This document shows, piece after piece, positions 20,900 to 29,764 of a stretch of 64,000 nucleotides of DNA (its first letter is position 1; each line of letters begins with the position of its first letter). The notes below the pieces were generated by a model. That model did no database searches. It was not told the origin of the DNA and saw only the letters and a list, made by a program, of their open reading frames with translations. Made by a program: the position numbers and the translations under genes. Location: positions 3,424,001 through 3,488,000 of the forward strand of contig CAWKDB010000010.1 in the NCBI GenBank assembly GCA_963848295.1, in the 5' to 3' direction. Source of the stretch: an uncultured delta proteobacterium (GTDB lineage: Bacteria; Myxococcota_A; Polyangia; Haliangiales; Haliangiaceae).

Positions 20900-21376
20900 A
20901 TGCGGAGGTCAAACGATCGAGACGCTCTGATCGCGACCCTAAGTGCGCTCATACCCAAAGCTCAGACCGAGACGCATGGCGTAGATGACGCCGCGAGCGC
21001 GCGTCTCGGCGTGAACCGCACGGACCTGCGTTGTCTCGGGACGGTGATCGAGCACGGCCGGCTCTCTGCCAGCAAGCTCGCCGACAGCGTCGGGCTGACA
21101 CGGGGATCGATGACGATCGCCCTGGATCGGCTCGAGAAAGCTCAGCTGATCCGACGCACTGACGATCCGCACGACCGGCGCGCCGTCCAAGTCGAGGCAA
21201 CGCCGGTTGGGAAAAAGGCGATCCGCGAGATCTGGGAGCCGGTGCGCGACGCCGGGATGGCGTTGCTCGAGACCTACGACGACGACGAGCTTCGAATACT
21301 CATTAGGTTCTTCGAGGCATACGTCGATCTCCAGCGCGCCCAGGCCGAGCGGCTACGTCGCCCCAAGCGACGATGA
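20900..21376 (+). CDS. MarR family transcriptional regulator
   Basis: LGVNRTDLRCL, DRLEKAQLIRR..DPHDRR. Confidence 0.92.
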   Translation: MRRSNDRDALIATLSALIPKAQTETHGVDDAASARLGVNRTDLRCLGTVIEHGRLSASKLADSVGLTRGSMTIALDRLEKAQLIRRTDDPHDRRAVQVEATPVGKKAIREIWEPVRDAGMALLETYDDDELRILIRFFEAYVDLQRAQAERLRRPKRR

Positions 21377-21817
21377 TGAGTCAGTGTTCATGGCTTGGCG
21401 AGCGAATATATCTGCCGCGATGAAGCCCCAGTTCTCAACTCACGCCGCGCAACAGCTCGAAATCGATCCCGTTAGGTGGTGCAAAGCGGGAACTGTACCC
21501 GATCGACTTGAATCATCGACGAATGGAAGACGACGCTCCGTCCTTCTCCCCAAAACACCAAGAAAAAAGGTCTTGGTGGCAGAGCCTGTGCGGCGGTGCG
21601 CCGCTACGTCGGTCGCCTCGTGGTCATCGCGATCGATCGCGGCGCAGCCGTCCAAGTGAGCGAGGTCAGCCGCGGACGGTCGATGGCGAGGACCTCGATC
21701 GGCGGCGCGAGCGGCTGTCCGCGCGAGCGGCATCGTCCACAGGCCGGCCCTGGGTTTGTGCAAGCACGTACTAGATCACGTACAATTGAATACGATAAAT
21801 TATAAGCGAAATCAAAG

Positions 21818-22543
21818 GTGGCGAGCTATGCTCGGATCGTGGCGGGTCGTCAACAAAAGCTCGTCTTCTCGCGCCGCGGCGGGAAACGCGATGGTGCTGG
21901 CCGGCCGCCTACAGGCAAGTACGGCATCCGCCACGCCGCTCGCATTCGCGTGAAGAACCACGAGCCGATCCACGTGTCGCTGCGCGCTACCAAGCGCGTC
22001 GGCAACCTCCGGCGCGATGCGATCTACGCCGCGATTCGTGGCGCGACCACCGTCGTGTCGCGTCACCTCGGCTGTCGGATCATCCACGTCAGCATCCAGC
22101 GCACGCATGTCCACCTCATCCTCGAGGCCGATAGCGGAGCGGCGCTGACCGAGACGATGCGCAGCTTCGAGATCTCGGCGGCGCGTCAGATCAATCGCGC
22201 GCTCGGCGAGGGCGGACAGGTGTTCGAGCGCTATCGCGCGAACGCGCTGAGCTCACCGCGTCAGGTGCGCAACTGCCTCGCCTACGTGCTGAACAACTGG
22301 CGCCACCACGGCGAGCATCAGCGCCACGCGACCGCGCGGTGGACGATCGACAAGTACTCGAGCGCGATCAGCTTCGATGGTTGGAAGGAGCTCCGCGCCG
22401 GTGCGCGATTCGCGATGCCGCCCGAGTACGAGCCGCTCAACGTGTGGGAGCCGAAGCGGTGGCTGCTTCGCGAAGGCTGGCGTCGTCACGGCCTGGTCAG
22501 CGTCGCCGAAGTGCCGGGTGGCTCGTTCGAACGACGTGGCTAA
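21818..22543 (+). mobile_element. REP-associated tyrosine transposase (RAYT, Y1/HUH family)
   Basis: HVSLR, HUH motif THVHLILEA, VFERY, catalytic Tyr in YVLNN, N-terminal GGKRDGAGRP. Confidence 0.85.
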
Positions 22544-22552
22544 GCTCGCGCA

Positions 22553-22945
22553 CTACGGCTGCGGGGCGATCTGCGCCGAGACGGCGAAGCTCTGCACGAT
22601 CTCGTCGAGCTCGGCGGTCACGCGACCGGTCAGCGTCATCGGCTTGTTCGAGTCGGCGTCGAGCGGCACTTCGACCACGACCGTGCCTTCGGCGGGGACG
22701 TCGCGCGACAGCGGCACCTCGCCGGTCGACACGGTCGCACCGTCGGCGGCGAACTTGTACTCGATCTTCGTCAGGTGCATCGGGCGGTCGGCGGGGTTCG
22801 TGACTTGGACGAACACGACTTGATGACCCGTGTCGTGGACGCCGAGGACCTGCAGCTCCGGCGGCTTGGTCGGATGGCAACCGGTGGCAAGCGACAGGGC
22901 GCCGACCGAGAGCGCTAGTGACGTGAGGGTGAGCAACCGCAACAT
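22553..22945 (-). CDS. Lipoprotein (LEA-2-like)
   Basis: Lipobox ATGC; VQVTNP...IEY. Confidence 0.7.
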   Translation of the reverse strand: MLRLLTLTSLALSVGALSLATGCHPTKPPELQVLGVHDTGHQVVFVQVTNPADRPMHLTKIEYKFAADGATVSTGEVPLSRDVPAEGTVVVEVPLDADSNKPMTLTGRVTAELDEIVQSFAVSAQIAPQP

Positions 22946-23109
22946 GGGCGAAAAAGTATTCTGCTGCTTCTGTGCCAGCGGGCAACAAAACGCAAGTCCG
23001 CGCGGCGCCTTTACTGTCGATCGTGGTCGCATCGCCAGCGCGCCCCGCAGTTCACGGATCCCTGGCGGACCTGTCGCGGTTTGGCACGTGATTGCGCTAA
23101 CGTCGGCGC

Positions 23110-23583
23110 GTGAAGATCGAGAAGGGACGTCGCATACAGCTCAAGGTCGACCTCTCCGTCGCGGGTGGGCAGCAGCTCGAGAAGAGTACGGTCGAGTATG
23201 TCCAGGGCGCCGGTACGATGCTGGCCGGGCTCGAAGCCGTGCTCGAAGGCCTCGAGAAGGGCGCCAAGCGCGACGGTGTGATCAAGGCCAAAGACGCGTT
23301 CGGCAACGTCGCGATGCACCCGCTCAAGAAGATGAAGCGGACCGACTTCCCGAAGGACGCCAAGCTCAACGAGGGCGAGAAGCTCGTAGCCGCCGGCGCC
23401 GATAAGGCGCACATGAACGTGATCCTGCAGATCGTCAAGGTCTCCGGCGATGACGTCGACGTTCGGCTCGTCCATCCGCTCGCGGACAAAGACATCAAGT
23501 ACTCGGTCGAGATCCTTCAGGTCAGCGATCCGCGCCCGCCGCCCATGCCGGCGCAGGCGCTGAAGCTCGAAGAAGACAAATAG
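23110..23583 (+). CDS. FKBP-type peptidyl-prolyl isomerase, SlyD-like
   Basis: YVQGAGTMLAGLE..LEG, DAFG, HPLADKDIKYSVEI. Confidence 0.85.
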   Translation: MKIEKGRRIQLKVDLSVAGGQQLEKSTVEYVQGAGTMLAGLEAVLEGLEKGAKRDGVIKAKDAFGNVAMHPLKKMKRTDFPKDAKLNEGEKLVAAGADKAHMNVILQIVKVSGDDVDVRLVHPLADKDIKYSVEILQVSDPRPPPMPAQALKLEEDK

Positions 23584-23592
23584 CGACGGGCG

Positions 23593-24345
23593 ATGCACGC
23601 GCGCCGGCTCTACGCTCATCGCGGCGCCTCTGCCGAGCGACCGGAGAACACGTTGCCGGCGTTCGAGCGCGCGGTCGAATGCGGAGTCGACGCGCTCGAG
23701 ATGGATGTCCAGCTCACCCGCGATGGCCAGCTGATCGTCGCGCACGACGACACCGCGCAGCGGACGACCGGCGTGCCGCTGCCGTGGAGCGAGCTCGATC
23801 TCGCAGACGCGCAGCGGCTCGATGCCGGTTGGGGATTTCTTGCAGCCGATGGCTCGCGGCCGTTTGCGGGCAGAGGCATCGCCGTGTCCACGTTCGAGCA
23901 CGTGCTCGCGACGTTCTCGGGCGTGCGCATCAACGTCGATCTCAAAGGGAGCTCGGTCGACGCGATGCTCGACATCGTCGCGAAGCACGGCGCCGCCGAC
24001 CGCGTCACGCTCGCGAGCTTCCAGCTGCGCACGCTGCTCGAGGTGCGCAAGCGCGGCTACGCAGGCGAGACCGGGATGTCGCAGACCGAGGTCGCATCGC
24101 TGGTCGCGCTACCCGCCGTGGCGTGGCGCCAGCTGCCGCGCACCGGCAACGCGGCGCAGGTCCCGGTGAAGCAGGGTCCGCTGCGCTTCGATCGCCCGGC
24201 GTTCATCGCGAAGTGCCACAGCGTGGGTCTGCGCATCGACTACTGGGTGATCGACGATGTCGCCGAGGCGAAGCGCCTGCTCGATCTCGGCGCGGACGGG
24301 ATCATGACGAATGATCCGGCCGCGGTCGTGTCGCTGTTTCGGTAG
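23593..24345 (+). CDS. Glycerophosphodiester phosphodiesterase
   Basis: AHRGAS..PENT, EMDV, HD, DGIMTN. Confidence 0.93.
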   Translation: MHARRLYAHRGASAERPENTLPAFERAVECGVDALEMDVQLTRDGQLIVAHDDTAQRTTGVPLPWSELDLADAQRLDAGWGFLAADGSRPFAGRGIAVSTFEHVLATFSGVRINVDLKGSSVDAMLDIVAKHGAADRVTLASFQLRTLLEVRKRGYAGETGMSQTEVASLVALPAVAWRQLPRTGNAAQVPVKQGPLRFDRPAFIAKCHSVGLRIDYWVIDDVAEAKRLLDLGADGIMTNDPAAVVSLFR

Positions 24346-24348
24346 GCG

Positions 24349-24387
24349 TTGACATGTACATCTCGCGCTATCATCATGTACATGATG
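24349..24387 (+). promoter_or_regulatory. Toxin-antitoxin promoter/operator
   Basis: TTGACA at 24349. Palindromes ATGTACAT (24354-24361) and a perfect 16-bp CATCATGTACATGATG (24372-24387) over the start codon. Confidence 0.75.
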
Positions 24388-24663
24388 GCGGCGCCGAAGA
24401 AATGGACGATCACGACGGTGCGGCAACACCTGCCGGCGGTGATCCGGTCGGCCGCGCGCGAGCCACAGCGCGTGTATCGCCGCGCGAAGCTCGTCGCCGC
24501 CGTCGTCGGGCCCGAGCTCGCGACCAGACTGAAGCCGAAGCTCGCGGCCCGGCTCGCTGAGCTGCGCGAGATCTGCGCGGAGGATCGCTACGAGCTCGCG
24601 CTGCCGCCGCGGCGTGATCGTCCGAATTCGTTCGGCACGGGACGGAAGCGTCTTACGCGATGA
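24376..24663 (+). CDS. Phd/YefM family antitoxin
   Basis: WTITTVRQHLPAVIRSAAREPQRVYRR..LVAAVV; coupled to the PIN gene. Confidence 0.8.
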   Translation: MYMMAAPKKWTITTVRQHLPAVIRSAAREPQRVYRRAKLVAAVVGPELATRLKPKLAARLAELREICAEDRYELALPPRRDRPNSFGTGRKRLTR

Positions 24664-25055
24664 GCGCGCTCGTCGATACGAATGTGCTCAGCGAGCTCGT
24701 TCGCGCCCGGCCATCGGCGCGCGTCGTCGCGTGGTTGGGTGCGCTCGACGAGGTTCACATCAGCGTCATCACGATCGAGGAGGTGATGTTCGGGCTCGCG
24801 CACAAGCGCAACGCCCGGGTTCAGCGCTGGTTCGAGAGCTTTTTCGACTCTGCGTGCAAGGTGGTGGAGGTGAGCGCAGCGATCGCGCGCCAAGCGGGCA
24901 TCTTGCGCGGCCAGCTCGCAGCGCGCGGGCGGACGCGGACCCAGGCTGACATGCTAATCGCGGCGAGCGCGGCGCAGCATGGTCTGTCGCTGGCGACGCG
25001 CAACGTCCGCGACTTCGCGGATTGCGGCATCGCCGTCGTCGATCCGTGGGCCTAG
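24660..25055 (+). CDS. vapC: VapC PIN-domain toxin
   Basis: LVDTNVLSE, ADMLIAASA, LATRNVRDF. Confidence 0.92.
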   Translation: MSALVDTNVLSELVRARPSARVVAWLGALDEVHISVITIEEVMFGLAHKRNARVQRWFESFFDSACKVVEVSAAIARQAGILRGQLAARGRTRTQADMLIAASAAQHGLSLATRNVRDFADCGIAVVDPWA

Positions 25056-25182
25056 TCGAGCATTTTCGACGTGTCAGGAACCCGACACGTCCGAATTGCC
25101 GTCACCAGCCGTTCGCTTCCGCTTGAAAGCGGTTCGGTTCGGGGGCAAGGTCCCCGCTTCAACGACTCTCGGAGTACGTGCC

Positions 25183-26502
25183 ATGGCTCTAAAAAAAGGC
25201 GTCGACGTCAAGCCGGCTCACGGCAAGCTCGGAATCCTCATGCCGGGCATGGGCGCGGTCGCGACGACGTTCATCGCGGGCGTCCAGTCGATCCGGCGAG
25301 GTCTCGGCAAGCCGATCGGATCGCTCACCCAGATGGGCCACATCCGGCTCGGCAAGCGCACCGAGGGCAACTCGCCGCGCATCCAGGACTACGTCTCGCT
25401 CGCGAAGCTCGACGACATCGTGTTCGGCGGCTGGGACATCTTCGAGGACAACGCGTACCAGGCCGCGGTCCGCGCCGGCGTACTCGACGAAAAGCACCTC
25501 GCTCCGCTCAAAGAGGAGCTCGAAGCGATCAAGCCGATGACCGCGGTGTTCGAGCAGGCGTACGTCAAGAAGCTGAACGGCCCGAACGTCAAGAAGGGCA
25601 CGTCGAAGATGCACCTCGCCGAGCAGGTGATGGATGACATCAAGGCGTTCAAGGCACACCACAAGTGCGATCGCCTCGTCGCCGTGTGGTGCGGTTCGAC
25701 CGAGGTCTATCGCAAGCCGACCGACGTGCACATGTCGCTCGCGAAGTTCGAAGCGGGGCTCAATGCTTCGCACGACGACATCGCGCCGTCGCAGATCTAC
25801 GCGTACGCGTGTCTCAAGATGGGCGTGCCTTACGCGAACGGCGCACCGAACCTTTCGCTCGATACGCCGGCGCTGCTCGAGCTCGCGCGCAAGCAGTCGC
25901 TCCCGGTCACCGGTAAGGACTTCAAGACCGGCCAGACGCTGATGAAGACGATCCTCGCGCCCGGGTTCAAGGCGCGCATGCTCGGCCTCGATGGCTGGTA
26001 CTCGACGAACATCCTCGGCAACCGCGACGGCGAAGTGCTCGATGATCCCGAGTCGTTCAAGAGCAAGGAAGTCTCGAAGCTCGGCGTGATCGACTCGATC
26101 TTGCAGCCGGACAAGTATCCGGACCTCTACGGCAACATCTCGCACGTCGTGCGAATCAATTACTACCCGCCGCGCGGCGACGCCAAAGAGGGCTGGGACA
26201 ACATCGACATCCGCGGGTGGCTGGGCTACCCGATGCAGATCAAGGTCAACTTCTTGTGCCGCGACTCGATCCTCGCGGCGCCGATCGTGCTCGATCTCGC
26301 GCTGTTCCTCGACTACGCGGCGCGCGCCGGGATGAACGGTATCCAAGAGTGGCTGAGCTTCTACTGGAAGTCGCCGATGACGCCGGACGGGCTGTACCCG
26401 GAGCACGATCTATTCATCCAGCTGATGAAGCTCAAGAACACCTTGCGCTACACCAAGGGTGACGAGCTCATCACGCACCTCGGTGCCGAGTACTACGACT
26501 GA
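25183..26502 (+). CDS. ino1: Inositol-3-phosphate synthase
   Basis: GKDFKTGQT, NILGNRDG, KEGWDNID, CRDSILAAP. Confidence 0.95.
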   Translation: MALKKGVDVKPAHGKLGILMPGMGAVATTFIAGVQSIRRGLGKPIGSLTQMGHIRLGKRTEGNSPRIQDYVSLAKLDDIVFGGWDIFEDNAYQAAVRAGVLDEKHLAPLKEELEAIKPMTAVFEQAYVKKLNGPNVKKGTSKMHLAEQVMDDIKAFKAHHKCDRLVAVWCGSTEVYRKPTDVHMSLAKFEAGLNASHDDIAPSQIYAYACLKMGVPYANGAPNLSLDTPALLELARKQSLPVTGKDFKTGQTLMKTILAPGFKARMLGLDGWYSTNILGNRDGEVLDDPESFKSKEVSKLGVIDSILQPDKYPDLYGNISHVVRINYYPPRGDAKEGWDNIDIRGWLGYPMQIKVNFLCRDSILAAPIVLDLALFLDYAARAGMNGIQEWLSFYWKSPMTPDGLYPEHDLFIQLMKLKNTLRYTKGDELITHLGAEYYD

Positions 26503-26604
26503 GCCGAGCTTGCTCGCGTCGCGTCCAGCGAAGCAAGGACGCGATGTCCTTGCGGCGAAGGAATCCCTTTAGGGACGACTAGCGGTTCGCGATATCATCG
26601 TGGA

Positions 26605-27765
26605 ATGTTCCGGGTTGCAGTCGTATGGGCGGCTGGCGCAATTGGATGCTACTCGTCGAATCCGGCGACCGGCAGCCACTGCGATGACTCGACGCACTGT
26701 CCGGCCGGCCTCGTGTGCTCGCCCGCGTCGATGACCTGCGAGCGCTCGGCGGTCGACGCGCAGCAGATCGACGCGCACCAGATCGACGCGGACACCTGCC
26801 TCGGCGATGGCTACACGCGTTACTGCTTTGCCGCGCTGCCGACCAACACGCTCGACCTGTCGTTCGCCGCCGGCATCTCCACCGATGCGGTCGGAGGTAG
26901 CACATTCTGTTCGGCCGACTTCGCGGACGTATGCGTGGTCGCCGCGGGCGCGATCGCGATCGACGCGATGGGCACGGCGACCGGTACGCGGCCCCTCGCG
27001 TTGGTCGCGACCACGACGATCACCGTCGGAGCCGGAGGCGGGATCGATGTCGCGAGCCACGGCGGAACAACCGTCGGCGCGGGCGCGGACCCGAGCGACT
27101 GCGTCGCGGGCACGCCGCCAGTGATGGTCGCCGGCAGCTACGGGGGGAGTCTCGGTGGCCTCGGCGGCAATGGCGGCCTCGGCTCGGCCGGCGCGCTCGG
27201 TGGGATTCCAGCGCCTGCGATCACGCCGAGCTCGTTGCGCGGCGGTTGCGCGGGTGGCAACGGCAGCGGCACGAATCCGACCGCCGGCGGTCAGGGCGGC
27301 GGTGCGGTCGCGCTCGTCGCCGGGAGCTCGATCACGATCGCGGGGCAGGTCAACGCCTCCGGAACGCGCGGCGGTGGATCGGCGGCGGGAGCCAGCGGTG
27401 CTGGCGGCGCGGGTGGTGGCTCGGGCGGCTTGATCGTGCTCGACGCGCCGACGCTGATGGTGTCGGGGCTCGTGATCGCGAACGGCGGTGGCGGCGGCGA
27501 GGGTACCGACGGCATGACTGCCGGCAATCCCGGCTCCGATCCAGATCTGACCAACCCGACGACGCCGGCGTCAGGTGGCGCGAACGGTTCGACGTTCGGC
27601 GGCAACGGCGGTGCGGGCGCTGCGGGGCCCACCGCGGCGGCGGTCGGATCGAACGGCACCGGCGGCGTCGGCATCGGCGGTGGTGGGGGCGGCGGTGGTG
27701 CCGGTTATATCCAGACGATCGGTAGCGTGATGAACAGCGGCACGATCTCGCCGGACCCGATATGA
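26605..27765 (+). CDS. Gly-rich lipoprotein (paralog A)
   Basis: Lipobox IGC, Cys-rich N-terminus, LRGGC.GG.G and GGGSGG.IVLDA motifs. Confidence 0.8.
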   Translation: MFRVAVVWAAGAIGCYSSNPATGSHCDDSTHCPAGLVCSPASMTCERSAVDAQQIDAHQIDADTCLGDGYTRYCFAALPTNTLDLSFAAGISTDAVGGSTFCSADFADVCVVAAGAIAIDAMGTATGTRPLALVATTTITVGAGGGIDVASHGGTTVGAGADPSDCVAGTPPVMVAGSYGGSLGGLGGNGGLGSAGALGGIPAPAITPSSLRGGCAGGNGSGTNPTAGGQGGGAVALVAGSSITIAGQVNASGTRGGGSAAGASGAGGAGGGSGGLIVLDAPTLMVSGLVIANGGGGGEGTDGMTAGNPGSDPDLTNPTTPASGGANGSTFGGNGGAGAAGPTAAAVGSNGTGGVGIGGGGGGGGAGYIQTIGSVMNSGTISPDPI

Positions 27766-27769
27766 TCGC

Positions 27770-28954
27770 GTGATGTTCCGGCTCGCGATCGCCGCGACCG
27801 CTAGCGCTGCGGCGTGCTACTCGTCGAATCCGGCAACGGGCAGTCACTGCGATGACTCGACGCAGTGCCCACCCGACCTCGTGTGCTCGCCCGCGACGAT
27901 GACCTGCGAGCGCACCGCGATCGACGCGAGCGTCGACGTGCCGCAGCTCGACACGAACACCTGCATCGGAGATGACTACACGCGCTACTGCTTCGGCGCG
28001 CCGCCGACCGGCGACAAGGCGCTGTCGATCGCGGTCAACATCGTCACCGATCTCGATGGCCAGTTCTGCTCGACTGAATTCGCCGATGCATGCGTGATCG
28101 CCGCCGACACGATCTCGATCAGCGCGGACGTCACCTCCAGTGGGAGTCGACCGCTCGTGTTGGTCGCGTCGACGTCGATCACGGTCGCCACCGGCGGGTT
28201 GATCGACGCGGCTAGCCACATGGGAACGATCGTCGGCCCGGGCGCCGATCCGGCCGATTGTGGCGCCGGCGCCCCACCGCAAGACATCGCCGGCGGGTCC
28301 GGTGGCAGCTTCGGTGGCAAGGGCGGCAGCGGCGGAGGCGACGCGACCGGAGCGTCAGGAGGCATCGCGAGCGCGGCGATCGTGCCGACCGGTTTGCGCG
28401 GCGGGTGCAGCGGCGGCAATGGCACCGGAGCGAACCCGACCGCGGGCGGGCAGGGCGGAGGCGCGGTCGCGCTCGTCGCGGGGAGCTCGATCGAGATCCA
28501 GGGCGAGATCAATGCGTCCGGAACGCGCGGCGGCGGCTCGGCGCTAGGCGCGCTAGGCGCCGGTGGTTCGGGAGGTGGAGCAGGCGGCATGATCGTGCTC
28601 GACGCTCCGGACGTGATGATCGCGGCCGGTGGGATCGTGATGGCAAACGGCGGCGGCGGTGGCGAAGGCACCGATGGGATGACGGTCGGAGACCCAGGCG
28701 ACGATCCCGACCCGACCAAGCCGGCGACGGTCGCCGCAGGCGGCAGCGGTGGCTCGGCGAACGGTGGCGATGGCGGCGCGGGTGCGGCGGGTGCTTCCGC
28801 GGCGGCGAACGGTGGTCCGGGCGTTCAAGGGAGCACCGCTGCTGCCGGGGGAGGTGGCGGTGGCGGCGGTGGAGCCGGCTACGTCCACACGGTCGGAACG
28901 CTGATGAACGCGGGCACGATCTCGCCCAGCATGGAGAGCACGACCGTTCGTTAG
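27770..28954 (+). CDS. Gly-rich lipoprotein (paralog B)
   Basis: Collinear tandem paralog of 26605-27765. Confidence 0.8.
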   Translation: MMFRLAIAATASAAACYSSNPATGSHCDDSTQCPPDLVCSPATMTCERTAIDASVDVPQLDTNTCIGDDYTRYCFGAPPTGDKALSIAVNIVTDLDGQFCSTEFADACVIAADTISISADVTSSGSRPLVLVASTSITVATGGLIDAASHMGTIVGPGADPADCGAGAPPQDIAGGSGGSFGGKGGSGGGDATGASGGIASAAIVPTGLRGGCSGGNGTGANPTAGGQGGGAVALVAGSSIEIQGEINASGTRGGGSALGALGAGGSGGGAGGMIVLDAPDVMIAAGGIVMANGGGGGEGTDGMTVGDPGDDPDPTKPATVAAGGSGGSANGGDGGAGAAGASAAANGGPGVQGSTAAAGGGGGGGGGAGYVHTVGTLMNAGTISPSMESTTVR

Positions 28955-29514
28955 TTGACGCCGCGACCGGTGAACAAGCTCTCGGGATTGATCCCGAGCG
29001 TGCGCATCGCGACCTCCCACATCGTGTCGGCGGGCGTCTCGAAGATCAGCTGAGGCTCGGCCGACGTGTGCAGCCACGCGCCGCGCGACATCTCGGCCGC
29101 GAGCTGACCGGGTCCCCAACCGGAATAGCCGAGCAGCAGGCGGATGTTGCGCGGCGGTGCGCTCGCGATCGCGCGGAGCCGATCCGGCGAGGTCGACAGC
29201 GAGATCGTCGATGTGATCTCGATCGTGCCGCCATTGCCGGGCGTGGCATGGCCGACCGGCTCGTGCAGCACCCAGCCGGTGCTCGGGCTGACCGGACCGC
29301 CCGCCCACACGACCGCAGAGTCCTCGCCGCGCCAGCTCATCTCGAGACTCTCGAGCAGCTCGGTCGCTTTGATCGGGCTGGGATGGTTGATCACCAAGCC
29401 GAACGAGCCGAGCTCGCTGTGCTCGATCATCAAGACGACCGCGCGGGAGAAGTTCGGGTCGGCGAGCTGAGGCATCGCGAGCAGCAGGCCCGGTGCGAGG
29501 TTCGACGACTCCAC
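28951..29514 (-). CDS. YqgE/AlgH family protein
   Basis: LLLAMPQLADPNFSRAV, GGPV, LGYSGWGPGQL. Confidence 0.93.
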   Translation of the reverse strand: MESSNLAPGLLLAMPQLADPNFSRAVVLMIEHSELGSFGLVINHPSPIKATELLESLEMSWRGEDSAVVWAGGPVSPSTGWVLHEPVGHATPGNGGTIEITSTISLSTSPDRLRAIASAPPRNIRLLLGYSGWGPGQLAAEMSRGAWLHTSAEPQLIFETPADTMWEVAMRTLGINPESLFTGRGVN

Positions 29515-29590
29515 TCGTTTGGAGTGTTCCGCAAATTCCACAGGGATGCCCGCGGAATCGTAGAAAAACGCCGGTGTGCGATTAGGTGGG

Positions 29591-29749
29591 CTAGTGCAAT
29601 GACGGGTTCGTCGCGGCGTCGGTAGCGGCGACGCTGTTCTCGGCGCGCTTCTTATCGTCGAGGCCGATCTGCGGCGCGATCTTGCGGAACAACGCCGAGC
29701 CGAGCGCGAAGGCGAACCCGGTAGCGATGGCACGAACGAAGAACTTCAT
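29591..29749 (-). CDS. Small 52-aa protein with hydrophobic N-terminus (absent from ORF track)
   Basis: Read manually: MKFFVRAIATGFAFALGSALFRKIAPQIGLDDKKRAENSVAATDAATNPSLH*. Confidence 0.6.
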   Translation of the reverse strand: MKFFVRAIATGFAFALGSALFRKIAPQIGLDDKKRAENSVAATDAATNPSLH

Positions 29750-29764
29750 GGCCAAAGCGTAGCG

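Noticed and set aside
21584..21744. GCCTGTG/CACAGGC inverted pair as a MITE next to the RAYT
   Set aside because: Only a 7-bp match and no clear target duplication
23082..23095. Sigma-54 promoter TGGCACGTGATTGC
   Set aside because: GG-to-GC spacing is 9 nt rather than the required 10
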